Part shown: in pieces, positions 42,334-51,553 of the stretch
How positions within the stretch are numbered: the stretch's first letter is position 1
Layout: every line of letters begins with the position of its first letter
Assembly (NCBI GenBank): GCA_048318985.1
Contig: DBFEBE010000082.1
Span: 3,330 to 67,329 of the forward strand
Reading direction: 5' to 3'
DNA length: 64,000 nucleotides
Source: Collinsella sp.
Lineage (GTDB): Bacteria > Actinomycetota > Coriobacteriia > Coriobacteriales > Coriobacteriaceae
Notes under the pieces: model-generated
The model's database searches: none
Told to the model about the DNA's origin: nothing
The model's input: the letters and a program-made list of their open reading frames with translations, nothing else
Position numbers and translations under genes: made by a program

Positions 42334-42651
42334 ATGGGAGTCAGAACGGAACACGTGCAGCCCGGGAATATCGGGGCGACCCTCGAGGGGCTCGCGGGGA
42401 CCATTCGCGGTCGCCGCGACGCCGACCCGCAACAGAGCTACACCGCGCGCCTGCTTGCGGGCGAGGAGGACAGCCTGCTCAAGAAGATCGTCGAGGAGGC
42501 GGGCGAGGTCGTGATGGCCTGCAAGGACGACGACCACGACCATATCCGTTATGAGGCGGGCGACCTGATCTACCACCTGCTCGTGGTGCTGGAGCGCTAT
42601 GGGGTGGGGCTCGACGAGCTCGCCGGCGAGCTCGACGCGCGCATGCATTAA
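42334..42651 (+). CDS. hisE: Phosphoribosyl-ATP pyrophosphatase
   Basis: SYTARLL, KKIVEEAGEV, EAGDLIYHLLV; AGGAG RBS. Confidence 0.94.
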   Translation: MGVRTEHVQPGNIGATLEGLAGTIRGRRDADPQQSYTARLLAGEEDSLLKKIVEEAGEVVMACKDDDHDHIRYEAGDLIYHLLVVLERYGVGLDELAGELDARMH

Positions 42652-42668
42652 GCGGCGGGAGCTGCGGC

Positions 42669-42699
42669 CGTGCCAAAAAGGACGTACCCTTTTGGCACG
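42669..42699. terminator. Inverted repeat between convergent hisE and the PHP phosphatase
   Basis: CGTGCCAAAA...TTTTGGCACG 10-bp arms. Confidence 0.45.
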
Positions 42700-42822
42700 C
42701 CGGGCGGAATCGTCGTCAAATCCACCGCCCTTGCCCGGAGGCAGTATCCAGGATCCGCACCCTCGTGCAATCTCAAAATCAAGCGCAATCTGTCGTCGAA
42801 GAGATTATGCGTCGATGCCGCC

Positions 42823-43734
42823 CTACGCGAGCCCGACCGTCTCCCAGCTGCCGTCGGCGCGCGGGATGTCGAACGTGCGGTAGCCGCAGCTGTGGGCGTA
42901 GCGCTGCGCCTCGCGGATTCCCCAGCATATGTCGACGGCGCGGTGCGCGTCCGACCCGAACGTGATGGGGACGCCGGCGCGCGCGAAACGCTCGAGCAGC
43001 CCGCGGGTGGGGTAGTAGTCGTTGACGGTTTTACGCAGCCCGGCGGTCGAGACCTCGACGCGCCTGCCCGTGTCGCGTGCGCAGGAGACCATCTGGTCCC
43101 AGAGGGGCTCGAGGGGCGACGTCGGGGGGAACCCTTCATTGCGGAAGCGCTCGGCGAGGTCGGGGTGGGCCATCACGTCGAAGGCGAGCGGGCTCTCGCA
43201 GGCGCGGCACCAGGCGTCCGCATAGGCGGCGCGCAGCCCGTCGGTCCCCAGTTCGCTCCAAACGTGCAGATCCTCGGCGTAGTCGATCCATCCGGATCCC
43301 GATCCGGGGATTCCTGCGGGCGCGACGCCCTCGGTTCCAGGGGCGCCTGCCGCCTCGCCATGGATGCATCCGGGGTCACCGATCCAGTGCACGCTTCCCA
43401 GGCGCACGGCCGCCCCGGCGGACCAGCGCTCGACGAGCGGCTCGCATCCAGGGTACCAGTCGCATTCGAAGCCGTAGACGAGCTCGAGGGAGGGGGCGAT
43501 GCGCGCGGCGAGCTCGCGCGCGGCCTCGAACTCCCTGCGATGGGAGTGAAGCTCGGCTTCGCTTACCTGGCAGATGCAGCCAGGGTCCATGCTGGCGGGA
43601 AGCGTGAGGTGGTCGGTCGAGACGATCGTGCTGCAGCCGGCCTCGGAGGCGGCGCGGACGTTCTCCTCGAAGGTGGAGGTGCCATCCGAGAAGCTCGTGT
43701 GCGTATGGCAGTCCACGATGGGCGACGCGTGCAT
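42823..43734 (-). CDS. PHP-family histidinol-phosphatase (HisJ/HisK type)
   Basis: DCHTHT, STDH, GFECD, LGSVH, AHPD, EVSTAG, GSDAH metal motifs; adjacent to a his operon whose hisB lacks a phosphatase domain. Confidence 0.85.
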   Translation of the reverse strand: MHASPIVDCHTHTSFSDGTSTFEENVRAASEAGCSTIVSTDHLTLPASMDPGCICQVSEAELHSHRREFEAARELAARIAPSLELVYGFECDWYPGCEPLVERWSAGAAVRLGSVHWIGDPGCIHGEAAGAPGTEGVAPAGIPGSGSGWIDYAEDLHVWSELGTDGLRAAYADAWCRACESPLAFDVMAHPDLAERFRNEGFPPTSPLEPLWDQMVSCARDTGRRVEVSTAGLRKTVNDYYPTRGLLERFARAGVPITFGSDAHRAVDICWGIREAQRYAHSCGYRTFDIPRADGSWETVGLA

Positions 43735-43790
43735 AGGTCCTCGCATTCTGATCCCGGTTCGATGATTCCCAAATTGTAGACCATGCTGTG

Positions 43791-43819
43791 TTGCAAAACA
43801 CGAACAGACGTTCTATTAT
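43791..43819 (+). promoter_or_regulatory. Promoter TTGCAA-17-TATTAT containing a LexA/SOS-box-like CGAACAGACGTTCT
   Basis: GAAC-N4-GTTC at 43802-43813 lies in the -35/-10 spacer. Confidence 0.6.
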
Positions 43820-43879
43820 TATGGAACGCAAACGCTTGAGGTCGCGCGGGGAGCGCGCCTCCCGTATGGAGGAGAAGCC

Positions 43880-44239
43880 ATGTCCGTCCTGTTCATCGAG
43901 TACCCCAAGTGCACCACCTGCAAGAAGGCCAAGAAGTGGCTCGACGAGCATGGGGTGGAGTACACGGACCGCCATATCGTGGAGGACAACCCCACGGCAG
44001 GGGAGCTGGCCGTTTGGCAGGAGCGTTCGGGGCTGCCGCTGCGTCGGTTCTTCAACACGAGCGGCATGAAATACCGCGAGCTCGGCATCAAGGCCCAGCT
44101 GGATGCCGGCATGAGCGACGAGGATGCGTTTGCGCTCCTGGCGACCGACGGCATGCTGGTGAAGCGCCCGCTGGTTATCGGCGACGACTTCGTGCTGGTC
44201 GGTTTTCGCGAGGAGGCCTGGGCCGAGGCGCTGATGTAG
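43880..44239 (+). CDS. ArsC/Spx-family (YusI-like) protein
   Basis: YPKCTTCKKAKKWL, FFNTSGMKYR, GMLVKRP. Confidence 0.9.
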   Translation: MSVLFIEYPKCTTCKKAKKWLDEHGVEYTDRHIVEDNPTAGELAVWQERSGLPLRRFFNTSGMKYRELGIKAQLDAGMSDEDAFALLATDGMLVKRPLVIGDDFVLVGFREEAWAEALM

Positions 44240-44269
44240 GCGGCGTCTTGGGCCCGCGTGGCTGCGAAG

Positions 44270-44737
44270 TTAGATCAGGCCGATGCTCGAGAGACGCCAG
44301 AGCACGATGCCCACGAGCGCGATGCTGGCGACGATGTCGACGATGCCCATCACGAGGCCGGCACGCGCGACTGCTGGCCACGGGGAGTTCTGCTTACGCG
44401 CAAAGATGGACAGCGCGATGGCAACGATGCCTGCCAGGACGCTCAGCAGCCAGCTGACGTAGCCGCCCAGGATGAGGCCGACGATACCGAAGATGACGGA
44501 TGCGACGGGGAGCCCGGGGTTTCCGTAGGCGGGCGCATCCTGCGATTCGGGAGCCTCGGCGCCATCGGAACCGTCATGCTCGCCGGCGGATTCATCTCTA
44601 TCGGCGGATGCGGAAGCCGCTCCGTCTGCACCTTCGGCCATGGACGGCGTGCAGCCGGCGGATGCGGAACGGTCCTCGACCTCGGGGCGCTCCTCGGCGC
44701 TCGGCTCGGTCTCGTTGCAGATGTCGCGTTCGCTCAT
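44270..44737 (-). CDS. Small membrane protein (DUF4190-like) with acidic disordered N-terminus
   Basis: ASVIFGIVGL...AGIVAIALS...ARAGLVMGIV hydrophobic segments; AGGAG RBS. Confidence 0.7.
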   Translation of the reverse strand: MSERDICNETEPSAEERPEVEDRSASAGCTPSMAEGADGAASASADRDESAGEHDGSDGAEAPESQDAPAYGNPGLPVASVIFGIVGLILGGYVSWLLSVLAGIVAIALSIFARKQNSPWPAVARAGLVMGIVDIVASIALVGIVLWRLSSIGLI

Positions 44738-44925
44738 GAGGGGCTCCTGTCGCGAATTGAGGTCCGGCGGACTCGAGCCGCCGCATGTGCGTTCTCATGG
44801 CAGAATAGCAGCTTGCGCTTCGGTCATGAGGAGTGTGTATGGAAATCTGCCCGGCGGCGGTGTTTTCGGGTGCGGTGCCTGTGCTAGGGTCGCATGCGAA
44901 TCATCGATGAGAGGAGGCGGCGCCC

Positions 44926-45699
44926 ATGATCGATGCATCAGAGCTCGAGAGGCTCGCGCAGGCGGTCGCTGCGGGCGCGATGGGACCCGAAGAACTCGTC
45001 GCCCGCACGCGCGCAGCGGCCATCGTGGAGACGGGGTGCGCGCGGCTCGATGGGGAACGCGCGCTGCGTTGCGGTATCGCCGAGGTCGTTTACGGAGCCG
45101 GCAAGACCGCCGAGCAGATCGCGGAGATCTGCTTTGCGCTTACCGGATCGGGGCAGGAGCGCGTGCTCGTGACGCGCCTGGACGAACGGAAGGCGGAGTC
45201 CGTGCGAGCGCTCGGCGTCGATCTGACGTATCGCCCGTCGGCGCGCATCGGTTACGTCGGCGGCCTGCCCGAGCCAGACGGCGACGGGACCATCTTGATC
45301 CTCAGCGCGGGGACGAGCGACGCGCCCGTTGCCGAGGAGGCCTGCTTGACCGCTCGCTTTCTGGGTAACCGCGTGAAGCTCGTGCAAGATGTCGGAGTCG
45401 CCGGGATACACCGCCTGCTTGCGTGCGGGGAGGATATCGCCGGCGCGCGGGTCATCATCGCCGTCGCAGGCATGGAGGGGGCGCTGCCGAGCGTGGTCGC
45501 CGGTCTTGCCGCCTGCCCCGTCATCGCGGTGCCCACGAGCGTGGGCTATGGGGCGAACCTGGGTGGCGTCACGGCGTTGCTCGCCATGGTCAACAGCTGC
45601 GCAAGCGGCGTCTCCGTGGTCAATATCGATAACGGGTTCGGGGCGGCTTATCAGGCGTCCCTGATCAATCATCTCGCCGGAAGGGGCACATGCGCATGA
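44926..45699 (+). CDS. larB: Nickel-pincer cofactor biosynthesis protein LarB
   Basis: EVVYGAGKT, SAGTSD, DVGVAGIHRL, VAGMEGALPSVV, VPTSVGYG, VVNIDNGFGA. Confidence 0.93.
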   Translation: MIDASELERLAQAVAAGAMGPEELVARTRAAAIVETGCARLDGERALRCGIAEVVYGAGKTAEQIAEICFALTGSGQERVLVTRLDERKAESVRALGVDLTYRPSARIGYVGGLPEPDGDGTILILSAGTSDAPVAEEACLTARFLGNRVKLVQDVGVAGIHRLLACGEDIAGARVIIAVAGMEGALPSVVAGLAACPVIAVPTSVGYGANLGGVTALLAMVNSCASGVSVVNIDNGFGAAYQASLINHLAGRGTCA

Positions 45700-47048
45700 G
45701 GGACGGCCAAGGACGAGTTCTGTACCTGGAGTGCGCGGGCGGCGTGGCGGGCGATATGCTCGCGGGGGCCCTGCTCGATTTGGGCGACGAGTCCGACGAG
45801 CAAGCGGTGCGCGCGGCGCTGGAAAGCCTGCCGGTCGAGGGGTACGAGATCAAGATCTCGCATGTAACCCGTGCGGGTATCGCGTGTTGCGATTTCGACG
45901 TGGTGCTGGACGGCGAGCATGAGAATCACGACCACGATATGGATTACCTGCATGGATCGGGGCGCGATGCCGAGCATGCGCATAGCCATCGGCACGAGTG
46001 CGGGCATCGCGGCGATCCCGCGCATCCCCATGCGCACGGTGGCCATGGACACCACCATCGAGGCATCGCAGACATCGAGCGGATGCTCCGGGGGGCGCAT
46101 GCCCTGACGGATTCTGCTCGGGCGCTTGCGCTCGACGCTTTCCGAATTCTCGCCGACGCCGAGGCCGCCGCCCACGGCATCTCCGTCGATGAGGTGCATT
46201 TCCATGAAGTGGGAGCGGTCGACTCGATCGCGGACATCGTTGCCGTCTCGGTGCTCGTCGACCGGCTCGCGCCCGACTGCGTCGTCTCCGGCCCCTTGCC
46301 CGCCGGCGGCGGCACCGTGCGCTGCCAGCACGGCATCATCCCGGTTCCCGCTCCGGCCACGGTGAACATATGCGTCGCCTGCGGCCTGGAGCTGCGGCCC
46401 GGACCGGTTGAGGGCGAGCTCACGACGCCGACGGGCGCCGCCCTGCTGGGGGCGATGCACCCCGGCTCCGCCTTTTCCGCGCGCTACCGCGTGCGCGCGG
46501 TGGGCTGCGGAGCCGGTAAGCGCAGCTACGGGGTGCCGTCGCTTCTGCGCGCGATGCTGCTCGAGCCCGCCGGAGCGTCGCGCGACCTGTCCCGTGAGAC
46601 GGAAGCGCCCTGCGCCGTGGTGAAGCTCGAGTGCGATATCGATGACGAGACGCCCGAGGTGCTCGCCTACGCGGCGGAGCGGATCCGCGCGGCAGGTGGG
46701 CGCGAAGTGCACTGGGCTCCGGTTTTCGGTAAAAAGGGGCGCGCGTGCTTCGAGCTCCAGGTCGTATGCGAGCCCGCCGACGCTGCGGCGGTCGAGGACG
46801 TCATCTTCCGGGAGACGACCACCCTGGGCATACGGAGGTGCGTCATGGAGCGCACGGTGCTTGCGCGCGAACTGGCCCGCGTCGAGACGCCATACGGCGC
46901 AGCGTCGGTGAAGCGAGCGGTCCTGCCCGGAGGCGGCGTCCGCATCGCCCCGGAGTACGAGGACTGCGCCCGCCTTGCGAAGGAGTCGGGGGTCCCGCTG
47001 CGCGAGGTGATGCGCGCGGCGATCCGTGCTGCTGAGGCCGGGTGCTAG
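45690..47048 (+). CDS. larC: Nickel insertase LarC (single frame, His-rich loop)
   Basis: GVAGDMLAGALLDLG, His-rich stretch, VHFHEVGAVDSIADIV, HGIIPVPAPAT, ELTTPTGAA, ETTTLGIR, PEYEDC. Confidence 0.93.
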   Translation: MRMRDGQGRVLYLECAGGVAGDMLAGALLDLGDESDEQAVRAALESLPVEGYEIKISHVTRAGIACCDFDVVLDGEHENHDHDMDYLHGSGRDAEHAHSHRHECGHRGDPAHPHAHGGHGHHHRGIADIERMLRGAHALTDSARALALDAFRILADAEAAAHGISVDEVHFHEVGAVDSIADIVAVSVLVDRLAPDCVVSGPLPAGGGTVRCQHGIIPVPAPATVNICVACGLELRPGPVEGELTTPTGAALLGAMHPGSAFSARYRVRAVGCGAGKRSYGVPSLLRAMLLEPAGASRDLSRETEAPCAVVKLECDIDDETPEVLAYAAERIRAAGGREVHWAPVFGKKGRACFELQVVCEPADAAAVEDVIFRETTTLGIRRCVMERTVLARELARVETPYGAASVKRAVLPGGGVRIAPEYEDCARLAKESGVPLREVMRAAIRAAEAGC

Positions 47049-47100
47049 AATCGGGGGCGGGCGGCGTCGCCGCCCATCCATCTATGATCCAGGAGGTAGC

Positions 47101-47781
47101 ATGAAGGTCCTGATCGCTTCCGATATCCACGGGTCCGCGTATTGGGCGGCTCGTCTCATAGAGGCCGTCGGAGCGGAGCGCCCCGATGTCGTGGTGCTTC
47201 TCGGCGACCTGCTCTACCACGGTCCCCGTAACGACCTCCCGCGCGACTACGCACCCAAGCGCGTCATCCCGATGCTCAACGAGCTCGCCGCCTCGACGCG
47301 CCTGATCGCCGTCCGCGGCAACTGTGAGGCCGAGGTGGACCAGATGGTTCTCGAGTTTCCCTGCATGGCGGATAGCGCGAGCATCGTCGACGAAAACGGC
47401 TGTGAGCTTTTCTGCACGCACGGGCACGTGTTCGGCGCGGGCATGCACAACAGCGTGGACCGCGTCCCCGCCCTGAGGCCGGACTCGGCGATCGTGTACG
47501 GGCATACCCACATCAAGGTCAGCGAAGAGAGCGCATCGCACCCCGGCGCCTGGCTGTTCAATCCCGGAAGCGTCTCCATACCCAAGGACGGTACGCACAG
47601 CTACGGGATATATGAGAGCGGAAAGGCGCTCGGCGAGGCGTTTCGGCACGTGGTGTTCGAGGAGGCCTCCGCAGAGGGCGACTCGGTGCTCGAGAGGGCG
47701 GCTTCGGCTCTTCGCCACATCGCGTGCGCATCGAAGGGCATGCCGGACCGCGAGCGCATGGAGCGCTACGAGAACCAGTAA
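47101..47781 (+). CDS. yfcE: YfcE-like metallophosphoesterase (phosphodiesterase)
   Basis: ASDIHGS, LGDLLYHGPRN, VRGNCEAEVDQ, GHTH, NPGSVSIPK. Confidence 0.9.
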   Translation: MKVLIASDIHGSAYWAARLIEAVGAERPDVVVLLGDLLYHGPRNDLPRDYAPKRVIPMLNELAASTRLIAVRGNCEAEVDQMVLEFPCMADSASIVDENGCELFCTHGHVFGAGMHNSVDRVPALRPDSAIVYGHTHIKVSEESASHPGAWLFNPGSVSIPKDGTHSYGIYESGKALGEAFRHVVFEEASAEGDSVLERAASALRHIACASKGMPDRERMERYENQ

Positions 47782-47832
47782 GTGCTTGTCGGCCCGCTCG
47801 TTCAGGCGGTGTCTATCTGAAGGGAGCGTTTC

Positions 47833-48729
47833 ATGGCGCTGAAGATGCGCGACGTGAATGCAGGGAGCTTGTCGGAGATGCTGGGGGAGGATGCCGCCCC
47901 CGCCCGTCGCGACGAGAGCACGCTTGCGGATGCGCGCCGTGAGGTCCAGGCGCTCGTCGAGACGATCTGGCGCCTACGCCAGCCCGACGGCTGCCCCTGG
48001 GATCGCGAGCAGACGCACGCGAGCATCGCCAAGAACATGATCGAGGAGGCCTACGAGGCGGTCGATTGCATCGAGGCGAACGACATGGTGCATCTTCGCG
48101 AGGAGCTGGGCGACGTTCTCATGCAGGTGGTCCTGCATGCGCAGATAGCCGCGGATGCCGGTGAGTTCACCATGGCGGACGTCGCGCGCGATATCAACGG
48201 GAAGCTCATCCGCCGTCATCCCCATGTATTCGGCGAGCATGCGGGTGCGGGATCCGCTGACGAGGTCCTTGCGATCTGGGATACCGTGAAGCTTGCCGAG
48301 AAGGGGGTGAAAGACGCCGCGGCGGATGCCGAGGGTGCGCGTCCGGAAGGGCTGCTCGACGGCGTGCCGAGCGCCCTGCCGGCGCTCATGCAGGCGCAGA
48401 AGGTCTCGAGGAAGGCCGCCGCGCTCGGTTTCGAATGGGATACCGTCGAGGCGGTATGGGACAAAGTGGCTGAGGAACGCGCCGAGTTCGAGGCTGAGGA
48501 GCCTGGGAGCGATGAGCGCGAGATGGAGTTCGGCGACCTGCTCTTTGCGCTGGTGAACGTTGCCCGCAAGGAGGGCATCGACGCCGAGAGCGCGCTGCGC
48601 GCCAGCACCGCAAAGTTCCGCGCGCGCTGGGGCGCCATGGAGGATGCCGCATACGAGCGCGGCATCGCACTCGAGAGCCTGGACACCGTGCAGCTCAACG
48701 AGCTGTGGGACGAGATAAAGCGCGCTTAA
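47833..48729 (+). CDS. mazG: Nucleoside triphosphate pyrophosphohydrolase MazG
   Basis: GCPWDREQTH, EEAYE, EELGDVL, RRHPHVF, EFGDLLF (two MazG domains). Confidence 0.94.
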   Translation: MALKMRDVNAGSLSEMLGEDAAPARRDESTLADARREVQALVETIWRLRQPDGCPWDREQTHASIAKNMIEEAYEAVDCIEANDMVHLREELGDVLMQVVLHAQIAADAGEFTMADVARDINGKLIRRHPHVFGEHAGAGSADEVLAIWDTVKLAEKGVKDAAADAEGARPEGLLDGVPSALPALMQAQKVSRKAAALGFEWDTVEAVWDKVAEERAEFEAEEPGSDEREMEFGDLLFALVNVARKEGIDAESALRASTAKFRARWGAMEDAAYERGIALESLDTVQLNELWDEIKRA

Positions 48730-48888
48730 GCCGCCATCGTGCCGAGAACGCCGCCCCGTACGCCTCGGTCTGGCGTGCGGGGCGGCGTCGTTCAACCGAT
48801 CGGATCGGGCCGCGCATGGCGGCCGGGTGCGTCGACGCCGTTCGGATGCGCGCAGGGCACCCGATAACCGCGGTGCCTCCGTCCTAAG

Positions 48889-49311
48889 CTAGCGCTCGAA
48901 GCGGAGCCAGCGCAGTCCGAAGGCAGCGCCGGCGCAGGTGAGGGCGACTCCCAAGCCGGTGTAGAACACGGCGATGAAGGGCTCGGGGGCGAGGCCGAAG
49001 GAGCGGATGGAGATGCCTCCGGTCATCATGATCGCCATGATGGCGAAGGAGGGGACATCGAAGAACGAGAGGAAGAACCGGCGCTCATCGCCGTAGGCCT
49101 CGATGCGGTCGCTGTGCTTGGAGACGAGCTTCCCGAACACGAAGGTCCAGAACACGACGCCGATGATGGTGCTGAGGCCGATGTTGACGAGGTTGAGATG
49201 GCCGGAGCCGTAGGCGTCGAGGCCGATGCGGACGATGTTGATGCCGGCGATCAGCCAGACGATGCTGGCGAGCAGCAGCAGGGTGCGGTTGCGCACGGTG
49301 AGAAGCTGCAT
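48889..49311 (-). CDS. Hypothetical integral membrane protein (about 4 TM)
   Basis: LLLLASIVWLIAGINIVRIG...IMAIMMTGGISIR...FYTGLGVAL; GAAAGG RBS; follows the HsmA-like gene. Confidence 0.75.
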   Translation of the reverse strand: MQLLTVRNRTLLLLASIVWLIAGINIVRIGLDAYGSGHLNLVNIGLSTIIGVVFWTFVFGKLVSKHSDRIEAYGDERRFFLSFFDVPSFAIMAIMMTGGISIRSFGLAPEPFIAVFYTGLGVALTCAGAAFGLRWLRFER

Positions 49312-49370
49312 GGTGCACATCCTTTCAAGAAGGCGCGTTGCGTCGCGCGGGGGCAGATGCGCCGCCGGTC

Positions 49371-49859
49371 CTAGGCGCGGCGCGGTCGGAAGACGATGAA
49401 GGCGGCGATGCCTGCGACGACGAGACTTGCGATCGTCGCGGGGACGGACCCGAGTTTGATCGCAGGGATACCGACGAGCATGCCGATGACATAGGGGACG
49501 AGCCAGGCGACCCAGACGGCAGCGCTGAAGCGATGGAACGTGCGCTCGCGCTGGAGGGCCCGCTCGCTCCGGTTGCGTCCCTGCACGAAGACGACGGTTG
49601 CCCAGAGGGCATGGAAGAGCATGAGCACGATCGCGGCGAGGCCGGTGACTCCATGGATCGCGGGCGCCGCCGTCGCGCTCGACCGGGCGATCACGGTCAT
49701 GAGCGTGGTGCCGGTCGTGTCGCAGGCGAGGCCGAGCCAGAAGAAGACCAGGTGGATACCGCGCAGCTTGCCGTCGGCGCGCTCCCTGAAGACGCCGATG
49801 GTGTAGAGGATGAGCGCTCCCGTGATGGCGAGGCTTGCGGTCATAAGCAGTGGCGACAT
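49371..49859 (-). CDS. HsmA-family (TIGR03987-like) membrane protein
   Basis: ALILYTIGV, FWLGLACDTTGT, HGVTGLAAIVLMLFHALWAT, FHRFS..VW..WLVPY. Confidence 0.75.
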   Translation of the reverse strand: MSPLLMTASLAITGALILYTIGVFRERADGKLRGIHLVFFWLGLACDTTGTTLMTVIARSSATAAPAIHGVTGLAAIVLMLFHALWATVVFVQGRNRSERALQRERTFHRFSAAVWVAWLVPYVIGMLVGIPAIKLGSVPATIASLVVAGIAAFIVFRPRRA

Positions 49860-49896
49860 GATGCCATCCTTTCGATCTCGTATGGGTTGATATATA

Positions 49897-49926
49897 ATGA
49901 ACAGCGTTCATCTGAACGGCGTTCAT
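49897..49926. promoter_or_regulatory. Tandem TetR-type operators ATGAACAGCGTTCAT / CTGAACGGCGTTCAT
   Basis: Two abutting 15-bp palindromes next to TATAAT, between the divergent TetR and HsmA-like genes. Confidence 0.75.
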
Positions 49927-50058
49927 ACTAGATTCGAAGGACCGGGGGCACAAGGGCGAATGCCTATTCGGCCGGAACAACCTGAACGCTCCACGTCGCT
50001 GTTCAGATGGGCGCATGCGGGCGAGCCGGCCTCGTCTGGGCTGTATGGAGGGGAGACC

Positions 50059-50631
50059 ATGGGAAGCAAGGCATCGATCACCAAGGCGCAGATCGTGGAC
50101 GCGGCGTACGAGCGGGCTCGGCGGCACGGCCTGGGGTCGCTGACGGTTCGTGCCGTCGCGGACGCATGCGGAGTGGCGACAGGCACCATATACAACCACG
50201 TCTCCGATATCGCGGCGCTGCGCACGGAGGTGCTTCAGCGGTTCTGGAGCCGTGCGGTCGCCGATGCGAAGCTCGACGAATGCGCGCGGGACGCGGGAAC
50301 CGCCCTGGAATTCTGCCGCAGGCTGTCTGAGGCGCTCGAGCAGGCGCTCAGGGGATTCCGCGACAACTGGCTGCGCGACCTCGGCGGCCTGGACGCCCGG
50401 ACCAGGATGCGCGCGGCCGAGGCCGAGCGGGCGTGCTTCGAGGACCTGCGCCGCCATGTGCGCCATGCGTTCGAGCTCGACCCGGCGATCACCGCCGCCG
50501 TTCGGAGCGAGGTCGACATGGAGGCTCTGTCCGATTTCGTGTGGACCGCGCTGCTCGAAGGGGTCAAGCGGGACGATGGCTCATGTGAAACGCTCTTTTC
50601 GCTGCTCGAGCTTGCGCTGTATCGGCGATAG
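50059..50631 (+). CDS. TetR/AcrR-family regulator
   Basis: IVDAAY...LTVRAVADACGVATGTIYNH HTH; GGAGGGG RBS. Confidence 0.9.
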   Translation: MGSKASITKAQIVDAAYERARRHGLGSLTVRAVADACGVATGTIYNHVSDIAALRTEVLQRFWSRAVADAKLDECARDAGTALEFCRRLSEALEQALRGFRDNWLRDLGGLDARTRMRAAEAERACFEDLRRHVRHAFELDPAITAAVRSEVDMEALSDFVWTALLEGVKRDDGSCETLFSLLELALYRR

Positions 50632-50784
50632 AGGGGCTTGCGGGGCGGTGCCCGCTGCGTCGCCTGCGGGATGCTCGGCCTTGCGGACTGGGCGCCGCGC
50701 AAAGCCTGCACAACTGGTCGAGTCCTGCGTGGTATAACTAAGACCGCAACGACGCGCAAACACACCTCAAACACAGCAAGGCGC

Positions 50785-51537
50785 ATGATGAGCACATACC
50801 GCAACAACAATCTGTCTCTCGCCTCGGCGACGGCGGCTCGCACCTCGGGCTCCTTCGGGACTTCCGGAGATGCCAGTCCCCGAGAGTCCTCGCGCCCGAC
50901 GAACTTTGCTCAGGCCGGTGCGCCCCGCCGCGCCCGCCGCCCCGAGGGGCAGCCGGACCGCCCGAGCCCTCGTGGGAAGACGTCCCGCGAGAAGGCGGGG
51001 CGCGCCGCGGAAGGGCGCACGTCCCGTGCTTCGGCACGCCCCAGCAGCTTCATGAAATACGCAGCGGATAACCGCCTCGTCCAGGCCGTCTACGCCTTCA
51101 CGACGGGTTCGACCAGGCCGCTGTTCATAGCGATGGTGATCGCATTCGTCGCCATCGGGCTGTACGGGCCCGTCCGCGACTACTACGTGGCCTGGCGTGC
51201 CGGCGGCATCCTGGAGCAGCAGGTCGATATCCGCGAGGGGTACAACGGGGGCCTTAAGTCGGAGGTCGACGCCTACCTCACAGACGAAGGCGTCGAGGAC
51301 GCCGCCCGCCGCGACCTCGGCCTGGTCAAAGAGGGGGAGACCCGCATCGAGGTGACCGGTGCGGAAGACGGTTCCGACGCAGCGGGTTCCGACGGGGTGT
51401 CCACGTCCGCCGAGGCCGACGAGGCCGAGGCCCAGGTGGCGCAAGAGGCTCCGTGGCACCTCAAGATGCTCGACACCATCTTCGGATTCACCGGTTCAGA
51501 CGGACAATCGGTGGCGTCGACGGGTGCCGCCAACTAA
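50785..51537 (+). CDS. FtsB/DivIC septum formation initiator family protein
   Basis: Disordered basic N-terminus, one TM, coiled coil, EGVEDAARRDLGLVKEGE motif; start codon uncertain. Confidence 0.75.
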   Translation: MMSTYRNNNLSLASATAARTSGSFGTSGDASPRESSRPTNFAQAGAPRRARRPEGQPDRPSPRGKTSREKAGRAAEGRTSRASARPSSFMKYAADNRLVQAVYAFTTGSTRPLFIAMVIAFVAIGLYGPVRDYYVAWRAGGILEQQVDIREGYNGGLKSEVDAYLTDEGVEDAARRDLGLVKEGETRIEVTGAEDGSDAAGSDGVSTSAEADEAEAQVAQEAPWHLKMLDTIFGFTGSDGQSVASTGAAN

Positions 51538-51553
51538 GCGCGAAGGAGATGCC

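Noticed and set aside
45690..47048. Programmed frameshift in larC (split larC1/larC2 in some lactobacilli)
   Set aside because: Here N- and C-terminal LarC motifs lie in one continuous frame.
49897..49926. GAAC..GTTC palindromes as SOS boxes
   Set aside because: Spacer is 3 nt rather than 4, and the position between divergent TetR and target genes fits TetR operators.
48889..50466. 525-aa minus ORF spanning TetR, HsmA and the membrane protein
   Set aside because: Only the last 140 aa look real and have their own RBS; the rest overlaps two better-supported genes.
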